DNA of 64,000 nt, from assembly GCA_964529025.1 (NCBI GenBank), contig CAZGUZ010000001.1, positions 70,163 to 134,162 on the forward strand, written 5' to 3'. The notes under the pieces are model-generated. The model ran no database searches, had not been told where the DNA came from, and was given only the letters and a program-made list of their open reading frames with translations. Numbering within the stretch: position 1 is the first letter of the stretch; each line of letters opens with the position of its first letter. The stretch comes from an uncultured Candidatus Saccharibacteria bacterium (GTDB taxonomy: Bacteria > Patescibacteriota > Minisyncoccia > Phycocordibacterales > PALSA-1337). Shown here piece after piece: positions 60,091-64,000 of the stretch. A program made the position numbers and the translations under genes.

Positions 60091-60765
60091 ATGACTCAAA
60101 AATATCTTTCTTGGGGTGAAACTATAGTAGACCCACTTAATACTGCCGCAGCCGAAGAAGCCTACAATAAAGGTGCTCTTTTTACTCGAGTAGAGCCTCA
60201 AAAGATGACCTTAACTCGTAGTGTACGAGTTAACCTCAAAAAGTTTTCTTTATCGAGTGAAAATCGTCGTATCCTACGCAAGAATGAAAACATATCTTTA
60301 AGTACAACAGTACTGCCTTCAAGCTCGTATACATGGGAAATCGGAAAGCTTGCAAAAGACTTTTACGATACAAAATTTGGAAAAGATATTTTCTCAGCAA
60401 ATGCTATAAAAAAGTTGTGCACTGAGCCTCATAATTTTAATACTCTTTTTGTATATTCAGAAAATGAAAAGCCTTTGGGATATGCAATCTGCTATATGAC
60501 AAAGAACATCTTGCATTATTCATACCCCTTTTACGAGCTTAACCGAGCAGAAGCAAATATTGGCATTGGAATGATGACAAAAGCAATTGCATTCGCTCAA
60601 GAGAAAGGTCTTTCATACGTATACCTTGGTTCGCTTCAGCGTCCAACAGATACATACAAGCTTCAGTTTGAAGGAATAGAATGGTTTGACGAACACACTC
60701 AGTCGTGGAGTTCTAATCTTATTGCGGCAAAAACCCATCTTAATTCTGATATACTGCAAGCATAA
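60091..60765 (+). CDS. ATE/Bpt-like aminoacyl-tRNA-dependent transferase (GNAT-like)
   Basis: RSVRVNLKKFSLSSENRRILRKN, YSYPFYE and AQEKGLSYVYLG...YKLQF resemble the ATE_C domain. Start set at MTQK. Confidence 0.7.
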   Translation: MTQKYLSWGETIVDPLNTAAAEEAYNKGALFTRVEPQKMTLTRSVRVNLKKFSLSSENRRILRKNENISLSTTVLPSSSYTWEIGKLAKDFYDTKFGKDIFSANAIKKLCTEPHNFNTLFVYSENEKPLGYAICYMTKNILHYSYPFYELNRAEANIGIGMMTKAIAFAQEKGLSYVYLGSLQRPTDTYKLQFEGIEWFDEHTQSWSSNLIAAKTHLNSDILQA

Positions 60766-60771
60766 ATTTAT

Positions 60772-62253
60772 ATGTCTACTTTCTCTTTTCACGGAAAAAA
60801 TCCGAATGATATTCATATCCATGTTATTGGTATCTGTGGCGTAGCAACAGGTGCTTTGGCAGTCGCTTTTCATACACGGGGGTACATTGTAACTGGTAGC
60901 GATAAAGGATTTTGGCCACCGGTTTCAACCGAACTCGAAAAACACGGAATCAATTTTTATGCTGGCTGGCATCCCGAAAAAATGTCTCGCACCCTACCAG
61001 ATGGAAGCATAAAATACCCCGATGTTATTATTGCTGGCACAGCTTCTGGCACACAAAACCCCGAAACAGAATTAGCAAAAAAACTTGGTCTTCCTATTTA
61101 TTCTTTTGCCGAGGCTATTGGTGAATTTTTTGCAAAAGAAAATTCAATTGTCTGCGCAGGAACCTGGGGTAAAACATCTAACTCTACCCTACTATCACAT
61201 ATTCTTACCCAAGCCGATTTTGACCCAACATATATGTTTGGGGGAATTTCTTTGTCTCACAATCAGTCAGCATATTTAGGAGAAAGCAAATGGAGCGTTT
61301 TTGAAGGCGATGAATACAAAAGTTCACCGACCGACACGACACCTAAATTTGCCTATTATAAAGCAACGCATGTATTGCTTACTGCCGTAAACTGGGACCA
61401 TGCAGATCTCTATCCTACACCAGCAGATTTTAAAAAAGTGTTTCTTAAACTTGCTCATGGTATACCTCGTCATGGGGCTCTTGTAGCATGCGTCGACAAT
61501 GAAGGTGTTCGCGAAATAATTGCCGAGACTCCCGAGGTTCGCCACATTACCTATGGCAAAGCCAATACCTCATTCGAGCCAGACTATAGTTATTCCGAAG
61601 TCAAAGAAAGCGTTAATGGTATATCTTGCATCATTTCTCATGGTGATGAAGACTATTCGATAACCTCACCGATCCTTGGTTCATACCAAGTGGAAAATAT
61701 TACCGCTTGTTTTGCAATGGCACACCACCTTGGTGTAAGTGCTCAAACAATCATCAAAGCAATTGCAAGCTTTAAGGGCCTTAAGCGAAGACTTGAGCAG
61801 CGCCTACTAGCCCATGAATCACCGCATGGAGTTACTGTTATTGATGACATTGCACACTCTCCAGACAAAGCCCGAACAACTATTGCTGTACTTAAAAGAA
61901 TCTTTAATGGAAAAGTAACTGTAGTTTTTGAACCAAATATTGGCGGTCGCATTCCAGATGCACTACCAACATATGCTCATGCTTTTTCTGAAGCTGATCG
62001 TGTAATTGTTCCCCGCCTCACCAAACTTAAAACTTCAGAAGACCCTAATGCAATTGTGCCGGTTGATGGCACAGTACTTGCCGAGACGATTAAACAAACA
62101 CAACCAGACACAGACTATATTTCTGATGACGATCTTTTGGTACAAGAATTAACAAAAACAGCCCACACAGGGGATGTCATTGCTTTTCTTGGCTCACACG
62201 GCTTTAGAAAGATGATAGAAGCAACTGTTACTACTTTCCTTCATCAACAATAG
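60772..62253 (+). CDS. Mpl/MurC-family Mur ligase (closer to murein peptide ligase Mpl)
   Basis: IHVIGICG, VTGSD..WPPVS, AGTWGKT, EGDEY..PKF, DHADLY and DDIAHSP motifs. Confidence 0.85.
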   Translation: MSTFSFHGKNPNDIHIHVIGICGVATGALAVAFHTRGYIVTGSDKGFWPPVSTELEKHGINFYAGWHPEKMSRTLPDGSIKYPDVIIAGTASGTQNPETELAKKLGLPIYSFAEAIGEFFAKENSIVCAGTWGKTSNSTLLSHILTQADFDPTYMFGGISLSHNQSAYLGESKWSVFEGDEYKSSPTDTTPKFAYYKATHVLLTAVNWDHADLYPTPADFKKVFLKLAHGIPRHGALVACVDNEGVREIIAETPEVRHITYGKANTSFEPDYSYSEVKESVNGISCIISHGDEDYSITSPILGSYQVENITACFAMAHHLGVSAQTIIKAIASFKGLKRRLEQRLLAHESPHGVTVIDDIAHSPDKARTTIAVLKRIFNGKVTVVFEPNIGGRIPDALPTYAHAFSEADRVIVPRLTKLKTSEDPNAIVPVDGTVLAETIKQTQPDTDYISDDDLLVQELTKTAHTGDVIAFLGSHGFRKMIEATVTTFLHQQ

Positions 62254-62395
62254 AGGCATCAACACTTGTTGGTGTAATTTCATTAACTCCAAGTGTAATA
62301 CCGCACATATTACATTCAATAACATGGCCTACAGCAAGGTCTGGATATCGAGCAAGGTCAACAGGATTTTTACATTCAGGGCAAATAAGTTTCAT
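62231..62395 (-). CDS. LysW-like zinc-ribbon small protein, 54 aa (below ORF-track cutoff)
   Basis: Manual translation MKLICPECKNPVDLARYPDLAVGHVIECNMCGITLGVNEITPTSVDASIVDEGK*, with CPEC...CxxCG spacing as in LysW. Confidence 0.75.
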   Translation of the reverse strand: MKLICPECKNPVDLARYPDLAVGHVIECNMCGITLGVNEITPTSVDASIVDEGK

Positions 62396-62450
62396 ATAGT
62401 TTAATTACATTAACCTTTATATACTACTCAAAATAGAGTAGTATAGCAAT

Positions 62451-63335
62451 ATGATTACCCCACAGACACAATACCCAGAACTCGGCCAACAAATCGGTAT
62501 TTCTAACCTTTGGCTTAAGCGCGAAGACTTACACCCCTATAAATCACATAAGGGTCGCTCTGTGCCACATATGATAGATACGGCCATTAAATCCGGCTCA
62601 ACAGAATTTGCTATATCATCTTCAGGAAACGCAGCACTTGCAGCTGCCCTCCATCTTGAAAAAATATCTCTTGAAGGATTACATGATTCTTTGCACCTCG
62701 AGGTTTTTGTTGGCTTAAAGATTCCCCAAGAAAAGCTCTCTCGTATTAATGCAGTCAAAGAAAGACACCCTGAACTCATTACCATTACCCATACCGAACG
62801 ACCTCTCCAGGCAATGTTTCAGAGAACAGAAAACGCTCCGCACATTCATAGCCTTCGACAATCTACCGATGACACTGCCCTTATTGGATACCAAAGCCTC
62901 TGTGAAGAGCTCGATAAAATTAACAATCTTGCACACATTTTTGTACCAACATCATCGGGTACAGCAGCCCAAGCTCTTGCAGAATTTTTTAGCTCAAAGG
63001 ATGTAACAATACACATTGTGCAAACATCATCATGCCACCCTATTGCTCAGCACTTCTTTGAATATCCTCAGACCGATGAAGTATCAATAGCCGATGCAAT
63101 TGTCGACAAAACAGCGTATCGCAAAGAAAAAATTCTTAATACCCTCACCAAAAATGGCGGCACAGGGATTATCGTTAACAATGAAAAAATTTCTGGAGCT
63201 CAAGAACTCATGCGTAAATATGCAAATATTGAAGTATCGCCCAATGGAGCACTCGGTGTTGCCGGACTCATGGAAGCAACCTATACAGATTTTAACCCTC
63301 GCGGGGCTGTAGTGTGTCTTGTGTGCGGTCTATAG
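62451..63335 (+). CDS. Fold-type II PLP-dependent enzyme (threonine synthase / cysteine synthase-like)
   Basis: LKREDLHPYKSHKGR (PLP lysine), SSGNAA and VPTSSGT motifs. Confidence 0.82.
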   Translation: MITPQTQYPELGQQIGISNLWLKREDLHPYKSHKGRSVPHMIDTAIKSGSTEFAISSSGNAALAAALHLEKISLEGLHDSLHLEVFVGLKIPQEKLSRINAVKERHPELITITHTERPLQAMFQRTENAPHIHSLRQSTDDTALIGYQSLCEELDKINNLAHIFVPTSSGTAAQALAEFFSSKDVTIHIVQTSSCHPIAQHFFEYPQTDEVSIADAIVDKTAYRKEKILNTLTKNGGTGIIVNNEKISGAQELMRKYANIEVSPNGALGVAGLMEATYTDFNPRGAVVCLVCGL

Positions 63336-63363
63336 CCTAAAAATTCTACAATCATAGAACCAA

Positions 63364-64000
63364 TTATGCTTGGTATGTTTGACCATGCTTTTTAAGAAGT
63401 AATTGCACAATTTCATAGCGATCCCGGCGTGAATCGGCTTGGCCATAGTGTTCAGTCCCTGGGCTTACCACGATCTTTTGATCTTTATTACGGCAAGCAT
63501 ATGCCAGACGAATTGCATCATCAAGAGAGTCAGCAAACTCATACTGCGAGTCGGAATTCGCATAGTGCTTATGAAGACGTATATTTGAACTCCCCGGAAG
63601 AAAGATTACCTTTGAAACATAGCTTTGCAAAAAACTGAGAGCTTGGGTAGTAATATCTGACCCCTTTCCCCCTGTGACCAAAATCACCGGCGAATCTGTA
63701 GCACAGGTAACAGCAGCAGCCATAACCGAGACCATACACGTAGAATAACTATCGTTGTACGCCATTATACCCCCACCTGGCTTCTTAACCGGCTCTAAAC
63801 GCCCTTTAAGGCCCGTAAAAGGCTCTATAACCTCTCGACTTGTATCGAGCGGTATCTTGAACAGTTCAGCAACTCGGACCGCCAGAGCGATGTTTTCACG
63901 CATATGCAGGCCATCTGCGCTTAAAAGCCAATCTTGCGGAATTACCACCGTGCCCGTACGCAATATCTTTGAACGTTGCCCTTCAACATGCATTTTAAGA
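63364..64000 (-). CDS. MurD-like ligase C-terminal region, degenerate (frame open to window end)
   Basis: ENIALA, GLKGRLE, YNDSYST, VILVTGG and VVSPG motifs. Confidence 0.65.
   Translation of the reverse strand, partial: LKMHVEGQRSKILRTGTVVIPQDWLLSADGLHMRENIALAVRVAELFKIPLDTSREVIEPFTGLKGRLEPVKKPGGGIMAYNDSYSTCMVSVMAAAVTCATDSPVILVTGGKGSDITTQALSFLQSYVSKVIFLPGSSNIRLHKHYANSDSQYEFADSLDDAIRLAYACRNKDQKIVVSPGTEHYGQADSRRDRYEIVQLLLKKHGQTYQA

Noticed and set aside
62231-63335. Lysine/arginine (LysW pathway) or threonine biosynthesis operon
   Set aside because: No lysZ/Y/J/K or hom/thrB genes, the carrier lacks the EDWGE terminus, and the PLP enzyme is short and divergent.
1-64000. Alternative genetic code (UGA=Gly) as in Gracilibacteria/Absconditabacteria
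   Set aside because: Conserved genes are full length under the standard code, and TGA ends genes at plausible positions (e.g. 21180, 55048).

Overview
Gene-dense, AT-rich bacterial chromosome segment in the standard genetic code. Gene content and style suggest a Patescibacteria/CPR (Parcubacteria-like) genome; this is an inference. 1-17.4 kb holds housekeeping genes (rplY, fba, tgt, gatB, obg, secA, murB). 17.9-21.2 kb holds an orphan membrane histidine kinase followed by two divergent proteins with class II (DxDDT) and class I (DDxxD) terpene-synthase-like motifs. 23.3-51.5 kb is a ~28 kb surface-glycosylation locus: O-antigen-ligase/TPR protein, Wzx flippase, GT2/GT4/GT9/GT47/GT-C enzymes, five methyltransferase domains, AsnB and GtrA. 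A stand-alone VirD4/TraD-like ATPase follows. 56.7-64 kb is the most unusual region: ATP-grasp ligase, cytoplasmic NlpC/P60, divergent MraY, ATE/Bpt-like aminoacyl-tRNA transferase, Mpl-like Mur ligase, a LysW-like zinc-ribbon protein missed by the ORF track, a PLP enzyme and a degenerate MurD-like gene. Two intergenic regions (15.83-16.23 kb and 53.54-53.88 kb) fold by eye into multi-helix RNAs that I cannot assign to a known class. Many genes have a -10 box 6-8 nt before the start codon, suggesting leaderless mRNAs. I saw no tRNA, rRNA, CRISPR array or transposase. All calls come from reading the sequence; no database searches were run.
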